A DNA stretch of 41,272 bases from Octopus sinensis (lineage: Eukaryota): the NCBI RefSeq assembly GCF_006345805.1, contig NW_021835278.1:1-41272 (forward strand). Direction: 5' to 3'. How positions within the stretch are numbered: position 1 is the stretch's first letter; every line of letters begins with the position of its first letter. The translations under genes were made by a program, and so were the position numbers. Of the stretch, positions 1 through 11,717 are shown in pieces. The notes below the pieces were generated by a model. That model saw only the letters and a program-made list of their open reading frames with translations. It did no database searches and was not told the DNA's origin.

Positions 1-149
1 CATCATATACATATACACACCAGCACATGCTTACGCATAGACACATCTCTACATATATTTCTAGATAGATAGATAGATAAAGATATAGATATAAGTGTAG
101 ATTTACATATAAAAGAGTGTGCATAATTTTCTGCACCCGTATATGTGCG

Positions 150-155
150 TGTACG

Positions 156-214
<59 letters not shown>

Positions 215-252
215 CGATATATCAATGTGTATATGTTTATGTGTGAGTGTGA

Positions 253-306
<54 letters not shown>

Positions 307-375
307 GTATATATATCGATATATCAATGTGTATATGTTTATGTGTGAGTGTGAAGATATATATATATATATATT
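150..375. repeat. (TA)n microsatellite with a tandemly duplicated ~102-bp unit
   Basis: GTATATATATCGATATATCAATGTGTATATGTTTATGTGTGAGTGTGAAGA starts at 205 and again at 307, separated by (TA)n. Confidence 0.9.
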
Positions 376-630
376 AACCCTACAAAGCGAATACATATAG
401 CTGTCTGTTTTTCATGGATGCGCTCAGTGGCGTGGATTACTCCAATCAGGTTTTGCCACATATTGTTAATTGCTTTAATCTCCCACCGTTGCGCAATCAC
501 ACGGAACCCTGCACATCGTAATGAGGGTTATAAGGCAATATAAGGGTATATCAAAAGTAAAGGAGGAAAGATCATCGGTTTGATATGTTGTACACCTGTA
601 TTTCGTCTTTTAAATTTTCATTGCTAACAC

Positions 631-737
631 TAGTCGAGCAAATCGACCCCAGGCCTTATTCTTTCTAAGCCTAGTACTTATTCTATCTGTCTGTTTTGCC
701 GAACCGCTAAGTTACGAGGACGTAAACACACCAGCAT
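631..737 (-). mobile_element. SINE family A, 3'-half fragment
   Basis: Reverse complement of the family A segment ATGCTGGTGTGTTTACGTCC...GGGGTCGATTTGCTCGACTA seen in full copies at 6006 and 28245. Confidence 0.85.
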
Positions 738-1189
738 ACCTACAGTAGAAAAATATTTTGCAATGTAGGAGTTTTGAAATATTTTTCAGGTTTCTAGGCG
801 AGTGCAAGTATGCTCCAATGTAAAGGTGCAGTAAGAGTGAAATGTGAAGTGCAATTAAATACGCATAGAATGGATGAAATCGGTAGATACACCCCAGGTA
901 AGCATCATGCCGGAACAAACACATCGTTAGTCAGAGAAACGGGACGTCACAAACATACAGCAGGTGGAGTAATTACCCGATGTTTACAAGGTTGAAAACT
1001 GAGCAAAACCCGGAGGAAGGTCATGGCCACAAACCCCCAAATGTGAACTAGTGTTAGTATTAATCGTCGTGTACCGCTGGCCGGCGGGATAGATGTTCAT
1101 CACGTGGTCTTCCTAGACAGGAAACGGATGAGCTTGTATACGACGCATGGGGTAGAGGGAATGGTCGATTTCATGTCATGAACAACCGT

Positions 1190-1625
1190 ATGCGTAGTAG
1201 CGACTGCTTCGTAAGTAGCTTGCTTATGAACCGCTGAACCGCATGGTTCCGGGTTCAGTCCCACCATTGGCAAGTATCTTCTACTATAGTCTCGGGCCGA
1301 CCAAAGCATTGTGAGGGATTTGGTAGGCGGAAACTGAAAACAGCCCGTCGTATATATGTATATATATGCGTGTTTCTGTGTCTGCGTTTGTCCTCCCAAC
1401 ATCGCTTGACAACCGATGCTGGTGTGTTTACGTCCCAGTAACGTAGCGGTTCGGCAAAAGAAACCGATAGAATAAGTATTAGGCTTCCAAAGAATAAGTC
1501 CTGGGGTAGATTTGCTCGACTAAAGGCGGTGCTCCAGCATGGCCACTGTCAAATGACTGAAACAAGAAAAAGTGAGTAAAAAAGAAAAAGAGAGAGAGAG
1601 AGAGTAAAGAGTAAAGAGTATAGGA
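1190..1625 (+). mobile_element. SINE family A (tRNA-derived, CORE-like centre, internal microsatellite), diverged copy
   Basis: B-box GGTTCAGTCCC, TTGGCAAGT...CTCGGGCCGACC centre, (TA)/(TG) spacer, 3' GGCGGTGCTCCAGCATGGCC...TGACTGAAAC and (AGAGTAA)n-like tail. Confidence 0.9.
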
Positions 1626-1919
1626 TTGCATATCTACTCTAGCTAACTACATGCAGTTTTTAAATAATATTAACCCTCTTCCGCTTTCCTTTCTCGGTAG
1701 TTATAATCTTGCTACTCCTGCTCTTGAATGTAGTCCACTAATCAAATTGAATTCCTTCCTAGTTCTTCTGTTTAGCATTGCTAATCAGTTTTCGTCCAGT
1801 ATACAGGAGCTGCTCTCCAAATATTTACAAGACCATTCAACTTTTATTATTACATTCAATTACGGAGATGTACTTGCATAGCAAGTGATTTGACCTGAGA
1901 TCATGTGCTGAAACGAAAA

Positions 1920-2117
1920 CAATTGCAGCGTGGAAGGTGTTTGTAAGCCATTCAAGAAACACACAAAAGCTATGCAGCACAGATTTTTCTCAGTGAACAG
2001 GTCGCGGTCTTAAAGCTACGGAAATATTTTGACAAATTAAACTTAAATGTTGAAGTGAATCGAACGGCTTTTGGGTGTTTCTTAAATAGCTAACAAACAC
2101 CTTCCACGCTGCAATTG
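1920..2117. mobile_element. Inverted-repeat (fold-back) element, 51-bp arms
   Basis: 1920-1970 CAATTGCAGCGTGGAAGGTGTTTGT... is the reverse complement of 2067-2117 with 4 mismatches. Confidence 0.85.
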
Positions 2118-2134
2118 CTTATTACATTCAAATT

Positions 2135-2307
2135 TTGGTAATAATTTGGCATTTCAGGGAAAAGGGTTAATTGATTACATCGACCCCAATGCTCAACTCA
2201 TACTTATCTTATCAACCCCGAAAGGATGAAAGGCAAACTCGACCTCGGTGGAGTTTGAACTCAGAACCTAACGGCGGACGTAATACTTCTAAACATTTCG
2301 CCCGGTG
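2135..2307 (-). mobile_element. SINE family B (central TTCATCCTTTCGGGGTCGATAAA domain)
   Basis: CCCCGAAAGGATGAAAGGCAAA...GGAGTTTGAACTCAGAA matches the reverse complement of the family B copy at 17164. Confidence 0.85.
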
Positions 2308-2319
2308 TACACTTTACCC

Positions 2320-2559
2320 TTTACTCTTTTACTCACTTTTACTTGTTTCAGTCATTTGATTGCGGCCATGCTGGAGCACCGCCTTTAGTCGAGCAAATCG
2401 ACCCCACGACTTATTCTTTGTAAGCCCAGTACTTATTCTATCGGTCTCTTTTGCCGAAGCGCTAAGTGACGGGGACGTAAACACACCAGCATCGGTTGTC
2501 AAGCAATGCTAGGGGGACAAACACAGACACACAAACATATACACACACATACATACACA

Positions 2560-2614
<55 letters not shown>

Positions 2615-2756
2615 TACGACAGGCTTCTTTCAGTGTCCGTCTACCAAATCCACTCACAAGGCATTGGTCGGCTCGGGGCTATAGCACAAAACATTTGCCC
2701 AAGATGCCACGCAGTGGGACTGAACCCGGAACCATGTGGTTGGTAAGCAAGCTACT
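2320..2756 (-). mobile_element. SINE family A, near full length
   Basis: Reverse complement of the 28245-28680 copy, including internal (TA)n and (TTTTACTC)n-type tail; head truncated at AGCTACT. Confidence 0.95.
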
Positions 2757-3039
2757 TTATTTCATAAATTTGTCATATAGACAGTGCAAAGAGTTTTGCG
2801 GGCTGGAAAAACATGTTAAGGAATGAAATGAATTATAATGAATAGATGAGAAACGAAACCCAACACCCGCCGATTGGATTTTTCTCGTAAACATATTTTC
2901 TTTTTTTTTTTTAATCAATATAAGGTTTCAAACCTTTAACAAGGAGGCACTAAAACTTCTTACTTAACATATTTTCTTTTTTCTTTCTTAAAACACAAAA
3001 TTGAGGTTATAAACCACTACAAAATAGTCCAATAAGGTG

Positions 3040-3225
3040 AGATTTCAAACTCCTGCGCCTAACGATTCTGCCTGCTCGCCGCCTTATTGATACTAATCTT
3101 ATCAACACCGAAAGAATGAGTGTCTAAGTCGACCTCGGAAGCATGTAAACAAAGTACATAAAGACGGGCGAAATACCGCTAAGCATTAAGTCCACCGTGT
3201 TGTTATTCTTGCCGTCTTGGCGCCT
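3040..3225 (-). mobile_element. Degraded SINE family B pieces
   Basis: CCGAAAGAATGA..AAGTCGACCTCGG..GACGGGCGAAATACCGCTAAGCATT and a head end CTGCTCGCCGCCTT. Confidence 0.7.
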
Positions 3226-4247
3226 TAATCCTAAAACTGATATTCTTGCTTGAAAATATCATATCTGAGAATAATAAATTTACTGATGGATAATGGATAA
3301 AATATTTAGCAGACACAATATTCTCTCTTCAGTTCACGCTTATTGTTAGAACGCATTTATAATATTGCAACTAAAAGAAAATTTAGAATTTTCCACAGGT
3401 GTTAAATTAATAATGGTATTTTAGGTTTTCTGAAAAGTTTTTTTTCTTCTCCATGCAATATAGATGTGTTATGTTCCTTAAATACACTCACATCCCACCA
3501 ACTGATTTCGTTAAGGGCGACGAGAAAATATCAAAAAATAAGTTTTCTTGATGTACAAATTTACGTACAAAATACAGAATGAATAAATACGTACATAAAT
3601 ATATAAGATGAATAAGATAACGTGAAATGAATGGGAATATAAGAAAATTATTGATTGAGATGAATATATGTGGACACCTACTGTTATTTTTGTAGGAAAT
3701 CGGATCAAAGTAGCAGCAGGAAATACAAAAAAATTATCTTCACAATAAACAAGTTCGTCTACTGTTTCTTGGCGTTTATTTTATATCATTTTATATTCAT
3801 TTCTGCGAACATCTTGGCGCTGGTAATCGTCATTGCTACGTGGATATATATATATATATGTGTGTGTGTCTGCGTGTGTGTATGTGTGTATGTGTGTACG
3901 TGCATGTGTGTGTGCGTGTGTGTAAACGTTAAGAAAGTATGAAATTGGATATACATGTAAGCAAACATATACACCTCTATATGTAAACATAAATGTATGG
4001 TTGTGCGTGTGTATATATATATATATTATATATAAGTTCAGCAAAATTTAGATTCAGATGAATATATATATATGTATATGTATATATACTGACACACGCA
4101 CATATATATCATGTATACACACACACACACACATATACATGTATACACACACACACGCGCACACACACACACACATATATATATACATATGTATATGTAT
4201 ATATACAGACACAAACAAACATATATATTACACTATAATACACACAT

Positions 4248-4288
<41 letters not shown>

Positions 4289-4327
4289 TGTTTATAAATT
4301 TATACGCTGTCTGTGTCCCTGTGTGGT

Positions 4328-4403
<76 letters not shown>

Positions 4404-5062
4404 TTTAATGTGTATGTAATGCAATAATATATATATATATTCAGACAACCCATATATGTAAATTTACGCCAACGTTTAATTATGTGGCTCACATAAGAGT
4501 CTTGTTTTGTTTGGGTTTTTTTTTCTATTTTGTTAAAACCGCCATAGAAGAAAATCGAACTCAGACGCGTTGACCTTCGTCAGCAACAGCTGCCTTCCTG
4601 AACGATACCAATAAAAATATAATTATTCGGCGTCTGTTTTGGCTGCAAAGCAAACCATATTTTTTACAAAGTGGGCTTCGATGTGAAGATTGTTCATTTA
4701 ACATATTTAAAATGGAAATCTGCGTATAAAATAATTCATATTGATATTTTCAACACCAGGAAATTGTTCCTGTATATTATAAGATAAATATTGAGCTGAA
4801 AGGGAAGAGTGAGATATCAGTGTTTATGCCTGAATATTGATACTGGAAAATACTTTTATATTCGAAGTATTAAACAACAACATGCATTTCGAAATAAATA
4901 TATGTATGTATGATTGCATGTATGTATGTATGCATGGTTGAATGGATGGAGGGAAGGATGTTTGGATTGTATGTACGTATGTATGGATGGATAGATAGAT
5001 GAAGAGAGGGATGCACAAACATATCTCTCTCTCTCTCTATCTCTCTCTCTCTCTCTCTCTAG

Positions 5063-5103
<41 letters not shown>

Positions 5104-5120
5104 TATATATATATAATTAA

Positions 5121-5317
5121 ATTAGAGATAAAACCACTATTAGGCAAATCAAACAGTGAAAAACATAAACCAAACAGAAATAAAATGAGTTAATATAATA
5201 TACAAAATTAAATTTTATATTTTATATATTTTGTATATTATATTAACTAATTTTATTTCTATGTTTGGTTTATGTTTTTCACTGTTTGATTTGCCTAATA
5301 GTGGTTTTATCTCTAAT
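5121..5317. repeat. Long palindrome (88/90-bp arms, 19-nt spacer)
   Basis: 5121-5208 pairs with 5228-5317 with one 2-bp indel and one mismatch (ATTAGAGATAAAACCACTATTAGGCAAATCAAACAGTG...). Confidence 0.95.
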
Positions 5318-5413
5318 CTAATTTATATCATACTGTAAAATTTAGATTTAATCCTAAATCTAATTTTTCCCTGTAAGTTTAGATTTACTCCCTAATATTA
5401 TTATTACTATTAT

Positions 5414-5444
<31 letters not shown>

Positions 5445-5527
5445 CTATTTTATTAAAGCCGAAATAAATTCTCGAAATATCGTTGACATAAACGTCTGGA
5501 TATATTTTGTCCAATGCTTCTTGTATA

Positions 5528-5930
5528 GGAGCAAGGCGTGGAACTGGCAGAAACATTAGCACACCGGGCGAAATGCTTAGCAGTATTTCGTCTGCCGTTA
5601 CGTTCTGAGTTCAAATTCCACCGAGGTTGAGTTAGCCCTTCATCCTTTCGGGGTCGATTAAATAAGTACCAGTTACGCATTGGAGTCGATGTAATAGACT
5701 TAATCCCTTTGTCTGTCCTTGTTTGTCCTCTCTGTGTTTAGCCCCTTGTGGACAATAAAGAAATAAGAAACGTTAGCATACCGGGCGAAATGCTTAGCGG
5801 TATTTCTTTATGCTGTTTGAGTTCAAATTCCACCGTGTTCGATTTTGTCTTTCATCTTTTCTGGGTCGATAAATTAAGTATCAGTTTAGTACTAGGTTCG
5901 ATTTAATCGACTGGCACCCTCATCCTCGAA
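5528..5930 (+). mobile_element. SINE family B, partial dimer
   Basis: Head GGCGTGGAACTGGCAGAAAC, body, TTTGTCTGTCC...GCCCCTTGTG module, then restart at AGAAACGTTAGCA (~5766). Confidence 0.9.
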
Positions 5931-6005
5931 CAACACTTAATCAGGAACATTTGAGCGGCATGGGAAACAATTGGACTTTTAGCACCTGTAGCGTATAAGT
6001 CAAGA

Positions 6006-6170
6006 AATGCAGGAGTGGCTGTGTGGTAAGTAACTTGCTTACCAACAACATGGTTCCGGGTTCAGTCCCGCTGTGTGGAATCTTGGGCAAGTGTCTTCTG
6101 CTATAGCCTCGGGCCGACCAATGTCTTGTGAGTGGATTTGGTAGACGGAAACTGAAAGAAGCCTGTCGTA

Positions 6171-6203
<33 letters not shown>

Positions 6204-6420
6204 TTGTGCGTGTGTTTGTGTGTCTGCGTTTTCCCCCTAGCACTGCTTCACAACCGATGCTGGTTTTGTCCCCCGTCACTTAGTGGCTCGGCAAAAGAGA
6301 CCGATAGAATAAGTTCTGGGCTTACAAAGAATAAGTCCCGGGGTTGATTTGCTCGACTAAAAGGCGGTACTCCAGCATGGCCGCAGTCAAATGACTGAAA
6401 CAAATACACGAGAAAAAGAG
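6006..6420 (+). mobile_element. SINE family A, full length
   Basis: GCAGGAGTGGCTGTGTGGTAAG (A-box), GGTTCAGTCCC (B-box), TTGGGCAAGTGTC centre, internal (TA)n, 3' tail. Confidence 0.95.
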
Positions 6421-6450
6421 AAAGAGAGAGAGAGTAGCCCAAATATTTCC

Positions 6451-6588
6451 ATATGCTGGCATTATAAAAACAAATCTGCTCACAAATTGCACACGCACCA
6501 TCCCGAGGCTGTAACTGAGGAAGAAAATTTAACAATTCATTTGGACTTTCCAGTGACTACAAAACGGTCTGTCAAAGCTGATAAAAGC
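6451..6588 (+). mobile_element. R4/Dong-like non-LTR retrotransposon fragment (region just upstream of the RLE PD motif)
   Basis: Translates to ICWHYKNKSAHKLHTHHPEAVTEEENLTIHLDFPVTTKRSVKADK, resembling the R4-clade H.PE.V.E.E..TILWDF...TDR.IKANRPD segment. Confidence 0.6.
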
Positions 6589-6672
6589 AAATATTTAAGA
6601 GATGAGGAATTATGTTCATTATTTACGTTATTTACATTTGACGGATATTTGTCCTCATCTTTTTTTGTTGTT

Positions 6673-6715
6673 AACAACGTTTCGGCTGATATACGCTACA
6701 GACTTCATCAGGTGT
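6673..6715 (-). ncRNA. Degenerate minimal type I hammerhead ribozyme motif
   Basis: Minus strand reads ACAC-CTGATGA-A-GTCTG..CAGCC-GAAACGTT-GTT; core canonical, helices I and II partly mismatched. Part of a repeat module at ~6589-6726. Confidence 0.55.
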
Positions 6716-6726
6716 CGTGGGGAAAT

Positions 6727-6885
6727 ATGGTGTAGTGGTTAAGAATGCGGGCTACTAACCCCAAGATTCCGAGTTCGAAACAGTGACATGAATAAAAATA
6801 ATAATAATGATAATAGAAATAATAATAATAATATTAATAATATTAATAATAATAAGAAGAAGAAGAAGATAATAATAATAATAAT
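6727..6885 (+). mobile_element. tRNA-derived SINE head (family D) followed by (AAT)n
   Basis: A-box TGGTGTAGTGGT (6728-6739), anticodon-like arm GGG-CTACTAA-CCC, B-box GAGTTCGAAAC (6771-6781); no acceptor-stem 3' half, so not a tRNA gene. Confidence 0.75.
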
Positions 6886-6934
6886 TGGCCGCAGCTCTGA
6901 GCTGAAACTAGAGAGAAAAAAGAATAGTTATAAA

Positions 6935-7705
6935 TTTGGGCACAAGGTCAGTAATTTTGGGGGAGGTGTAAATCGATTACATCAACCCGAGTACGTAACC
7001 TCGTACTTAATTTATTGACCTCAAAAAGATGAAAGGCAGATTCTACCATACCGGAATTTGAACTCACGGCGTAAAACCACATATTTTGATGTGGTGTGAA
7101 AGAAAGAAAGTTGTAAATGTAGTGGAGGTAACGGTTCCTCATGAAAATAATATGGACGCCGCTCGGGCTCGAAAATTGAACCGTTATGTAAACCTCCTCG
7201 AGGAATGTGAAGACGCAGGCTGGAAAGCGGAACATTTTCCTATCGAAGTCGGATGTAGAGGGTTTGTTGGATACAGCGTGAGACGACTGTTGTTAAGGTT
7301 AAGCCTAACTCATCGTAAAGTCAATACCACCATGACCGATATCCAATCTACAGTGGAGAAGGCTAGCCACTGGATTTGGTTAAAAAGAGACGATGAGCGA
7401 TGGCTAGAAGGATATTGAGTTTAACTTCATAACCAGCTGATCTAGCAAGCGGGGCCTCATATCAGTGAGGTGGGAGGCAGTGCGCATTGATGCCGTCGAG
7501 AGGTAGGCCCTGAAACGGCGCGCATTCTCTCCTGATGACCCCATACACTTGCTAGCTTCCAATATACGGAGCTTTTAACTGGTAGGACTTGCATGTGCAA
7601 GTTGTTTGCAAGACACCATACCGGAATTTGAACTCATGCCGTAAAGACAGGAGAAATGCTGCTTAACATGTTGCCCGGTGTTTTAACGATTCTGTCAGTT
7701 CACGT
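6935..7705 (-). mobile_element. SINE family B copy split by the HERO-like insertion
   Basis: Body and tail at 6935-7066, head at 7615-7705; the halves join through the duplicated ACCATACCGGAATTTGAACTCA. Confidence 0.85.
7067..7614 (+). mobile_element. 5'-truncated HERO-like (RLE) non-LTR retrotransposon with 22-bp TSD
   Basis: Frame PHILMWCERKKVVNVVEVTVPHE...RKLNRY..L..EC..AGW....PIEVGCRGF...ASHWIWLKR matches HERO-type RLE C-termini; stop at 7418, ~196-bp 3' UTR; TSD at 7045-7066 and 7615-7636. Confidence 0.88.
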
Positions 7706-7817
7706 CTGTCCTTTCAGAATTTTCGGGCAGAAAAAAAATAAAAGTACCCCTCAAGTACTGAGATCAATGTGGTAACCGACTTCCACTTCTCAACGAAATC
7801 GCTAACCCCGTGCCAAG

Positions 7818-7942
7818 ATTTGAAACTACTACTATTACTACTACTACTACTAGTACTGCTACTACTATTACTACTGATACTACTACTACAGCTGCTGCTG
7901 CTACTACTACTACTACTACTACTACGGCTGCTGCTACTGCTG

Positions 7943-7983
<41 letters not shown>

Positions 7984-8118
7984 GCAGCTGCTGCTGCTAC
8001 TACTACTACTACTAATAATAATACAGCTGCTGCTGCTACTACTACTACTACTACTACTACTACAACTACTATTACTACTACTACTACTACTACTACTACG
8101 GCTGCAGCTGCTACTGCA

Positions 8119-8155
<37 letters not shown>
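7818..8155. repeat. Compound (CTA)n/(CTG)n trinucleotide tract
   Basis: Direct reading; source of the poly-Leu and poly-Thr pseudo-ORFs 7769..8173 and 7810..8193. Confidence 0.97.
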
Positions 8156-8735
8156 AGTGCTGGTTTATTTTAGCTTTGGTTTATTTTGGCTAAGTTTAGC
8201 GAAGAGTCTGATACACATTTCAAAACAGAATATTTCCTTTTCTCCCCTGTTTAGTATTATTATTTTTCTCCTTTTTTTTTTGTCCTGTTCTTCGCTATTC
8301 TTGTTATTTCCTTTTAAAACTGCGTAAATATGTCAACGCTATTGATAATAATACCACATCCAAGTGATTATAATCACAGTAAAGTCTGTGCTGTAATGAA
8401 TTTCTGAACGATCTAACTTATTTCGGGAACGTGTATTGTTATCGTACAAGTGTTGCATCTATAGATTCGAAGAATTTTTTTCAAATAAAACCTTTAGAAA
8501 CGTTGAAATTGAAGAGGTCGTGTCTAAACAATGACGAATTGTTCGCGGATGCACTTAATGTATAGAGATGTAGGAGACACCTCTTGTAATACCAAATATT
8601 CCAAGAGCTATTTTGATTAGGAAACAAAAAAGAAGGTAAACAAAACCCAAAAAACAACATATTGTTACACTTATAATAATAATTCGCGTACGACGTACAT
8701 GCACACACATAGATATATTTATGTATATATAAGTT

Positions 8736-8789
<54 letters not shown>

Positions 8790-8947
8790 TGATATATATA
8801 TTTATATATATGTATAATATATATTTATAAATACACATATATTTATGTTTGTGTGTGTATCTCTCTCTCTCTTCTCTAATATATATAATATATTTATATT
8901 ATATATATATTATATATATATATATATATGTATAACACACAACTTAT

Positions 8948-8997
<50 letters not shown>

Positions 8998-10184
8998 TCA
9001 TAAATGAGGGTGAAAAATTAGCTATATATATATATGCATGTATCCCATAAACAGGTACATGCATAGGCAGATAAATACATGTTGAGATGTTGAAATATTT
9101 TACGAGTACGTGTGACGTAGTGTGTGTGTGTGAGCGTGTGTGTGTGAATGTGCGTGTGTTTGTGTGTGTGCTTGTGTGTGTATGCGTGTGTACGTGTCTG
9201 TTGTGCCCATATATAAGTCGCCATATAAATATATAAGCGTTGTGCAATTATAAAATATATGTCTATATTCAGAGGCGCAGTTAATATATATTTACATAGA
9301 AAGATGCATGTACAATCGTCACACACACACACTAACACACACACACACAAACACACACACACAAACACACACACACACACAAACAGATACACACACACAC
9401 ACACACTCACACACACACACACAACTATACATAGAGACAGAGCAGGTAAGTGAGGAAGAGAAAGAGAGAGGAAGATGTGTTGGGGAGAAGAGAGAGAGGA
9501 GAACTTGCAAGAGCGAGATTGCTATATAAAGGTTTATTTAATTGTTTGTTTATGTATGGTTTTGTTTGTGTGTATATATATATATATATATTTGTATATA
9601 ACTATTTATCGTATGAATGAGCACGAGTATCTTTTCACATTTTGGGGAGTAAATGGGGTCTTTTAGAATATTTTCGACATATTCTAAGATTCCTGATAAA
9701 AGAATTCTTTTCAATAGAGAGACATTGTGTGCTACTAGAAAATATTTCGCACAATTTCAAGAAATATATTATATTTCATTCTATTCTTGAAAAATTCCTC
9801 TTGTTTCGCATTTCACGAGGAAAATATATTTCTTACAAGTAACACAATTGAAACAAAATCTAAAATCTTAATTCTCTCTTACTCATATCCAAAGTATCAT
9901 TTTGAAAAATGTTCACTATAGCAACAATAAAACTCCCCAAAAAATAACCCATTCTTTGTTGCCATAAGGACCCAAATATAGAATTGAAAAGGTATCATGG
10001 AGTGGATTATAAATACATATATACCTTCTTAGATATATGTATAGTTACATACATAAATATATATATATGTATATATATATATATATCTATATATATATAT
10101 ATAATATATAATATATATATATATATATTATATATATATATATATATATAATATATATATACATATAAGTATAGATATATATCA

Positions 10185-10233
<49 letters not shown>

Positions 10234-10551
10234 TAAATATATATATTATATACACATAAATATCTACATACACGCACACGTTCTTAGATATATATTTATA
10301 TACATACATGTACATACATACATACGTACATACATACATACATACATACATACATACATACATTATATATATACATATATATACACATATATACCTATAT
10401 ACACGCACACACACGAATATGCAAGTATAGAAGCATATATGAATATATATATACATATACATAGATAGATAAATACACACCATTCTAAAGCTGATAATTT
10501 AAAAATCTTCTATATGCCATATTGAGGAATATACTATTCGACAATATTAGA

Positions 10552-10870
10552 TTACCACTGCTGAATATCTCTCTAAGACTCCGCTGCTTTGCTGTCTTGT
10601 GGACAACTGACCCGTTTATATACATATACAAACACACAGAAATAGAGACACACACACACACAGGTTTATGTATGTATGTATGTATATACACACATACATA
10701 TGTATGTATATACAAAGTAGGACTGGATCTCTTCCTGTCAGGTACCCCGGATGAACCAACTTCACGGCAGGAGGGGCAGATGAGGACATCGAACTCTCTC
10801 ATGCACCAAATGGCAGTTGCTAAAAAGCTCATGAGCTGAAACTGGAAATATCAAAATCATCAATCAATAT
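10552..10870 (+). mobile_element. Non-LTR retrotransposon ORF2 C-terminal remnant (CR1/L2-group-like), interrupted by a microsatellite
   Basis: ...PLLNI..RLR.. [TA/CA tract ~10618-10713] KVGLDLFLSGTPDEPTSRQEGQMRTSNSLMHQ resembles the F..KLD.FL..PDEP...RAA.SNSL..Q end of such LINEs. Confidence 0.55.
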
Positions 10871-10873
10871 AAA

Positions 10874-10900
10874 CTAGACTACCCGTGACCCGTTGGGTCG
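10874..10900 (-). mobile_element. Helitron 3' terminus
   Basis: Minus strand GACCC-AAC-GGGTC hairpin, 9 nt, then CTAG followed by T. Confidence 0.65.
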
Positions 10901-11234
10901 CCTAGAAAATCTAAGTTTCCCAGCAACGGAGTTTTGTTTCGTGGGCTTTTTCTTCTCCAGGTTATTTCTCATGCTTTCAACGAATCTGACATCGCAATCA
11001 CGCGTAAGCGGCTCCTTTCCCCAGAAAAGGAAAGATTTGGCTGCTATTTCTTGTACGCCCTGCTACCACATAACAAGTATTTCAGGTCTTTTATCGCAAA
11101 TAGCTCTTACGTGGTAACAGGACATGCTAGAATTATCAGCCAAATCTTTGGAACTGAGATAAATTGAATGCCCCCGAAAATTTTTTTGTAATGGTATTCC
11201 CTTGGGGCAATCTTTCAATTTGACTCTCAGAACT

Positions 11235-11551
11235 GTCATCCAGGTCAGGTGGTTTGTTCGTTAATTTCCGTAAAATTTTCTTTTATTTATTTACTTTTGT
11301 TTGAAAGTGAAAGAGAGGACAAACTGAAAGATATGTGAACGTGTAAATGAAATGGACGTGTGCGCGCGTGTGTGTGCGTGTGTGTGAAAGAGAGAGAGAG
11401 AGTGTGTGGTGTGTGTGTGTGCCACTTAGACATACATAAAACAACACGCGTTCACTCACTCACTCTCTCTCTCTCTCACACACACACATGCACACGTAAT
11501 TACAAAAAATGTATTGTTGTACGTACGTATACATGGCAAATCACCCCTTCA

Positions 11552-11589
<38 letters not shown>

Positions 11590-11717
11590 ATCGCTATCTC
11601 TTTCACTCACAAACGTCCATTTCCTATACGCGTACATACATCTTTCACTTTCTCCTCTCTTTCCTTTTAAATAAATAAATGAAATTTTTTTACGGAAATT
11701 AACGAACTCCGGATGAC
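11235..11717. mobile_element. Imperfect inverted-repeat (MITE-like) element around (TG)n/(GA)n tracts
   Basis: GTTCGTTAATTTCCGTAAAA (11256-11275) is the exact reverse complement of 11688-11707; similarity continues imperfectly for about 100 bp inward. Confidence 0.7.

Noticed and set aside
810-1190. GC-richer stretch with 61-aa ORF
   Set aside because: No motif or family recognised; stops occur in the alternative frames.
4564-4586. Minus-strand CTGACGA-AGGTCA-ACGCGTC hammerhead remnant
   Set aside because: The 3' strand of helix II and GAA are missing, so it cannot fold; at most a deleted relic.
6727-6785. tRNA gene
   Set aside because: No acceptor-stem closure, runs into (AAT)n, and the anticodon ACT is atypical; treated as a SINE head.
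7500-7545. GAAAC...CTGATGA in the HERO 3' UTR as a type II hammerhead
   Set aside because: No helix III / NUH arrangement can be formed.
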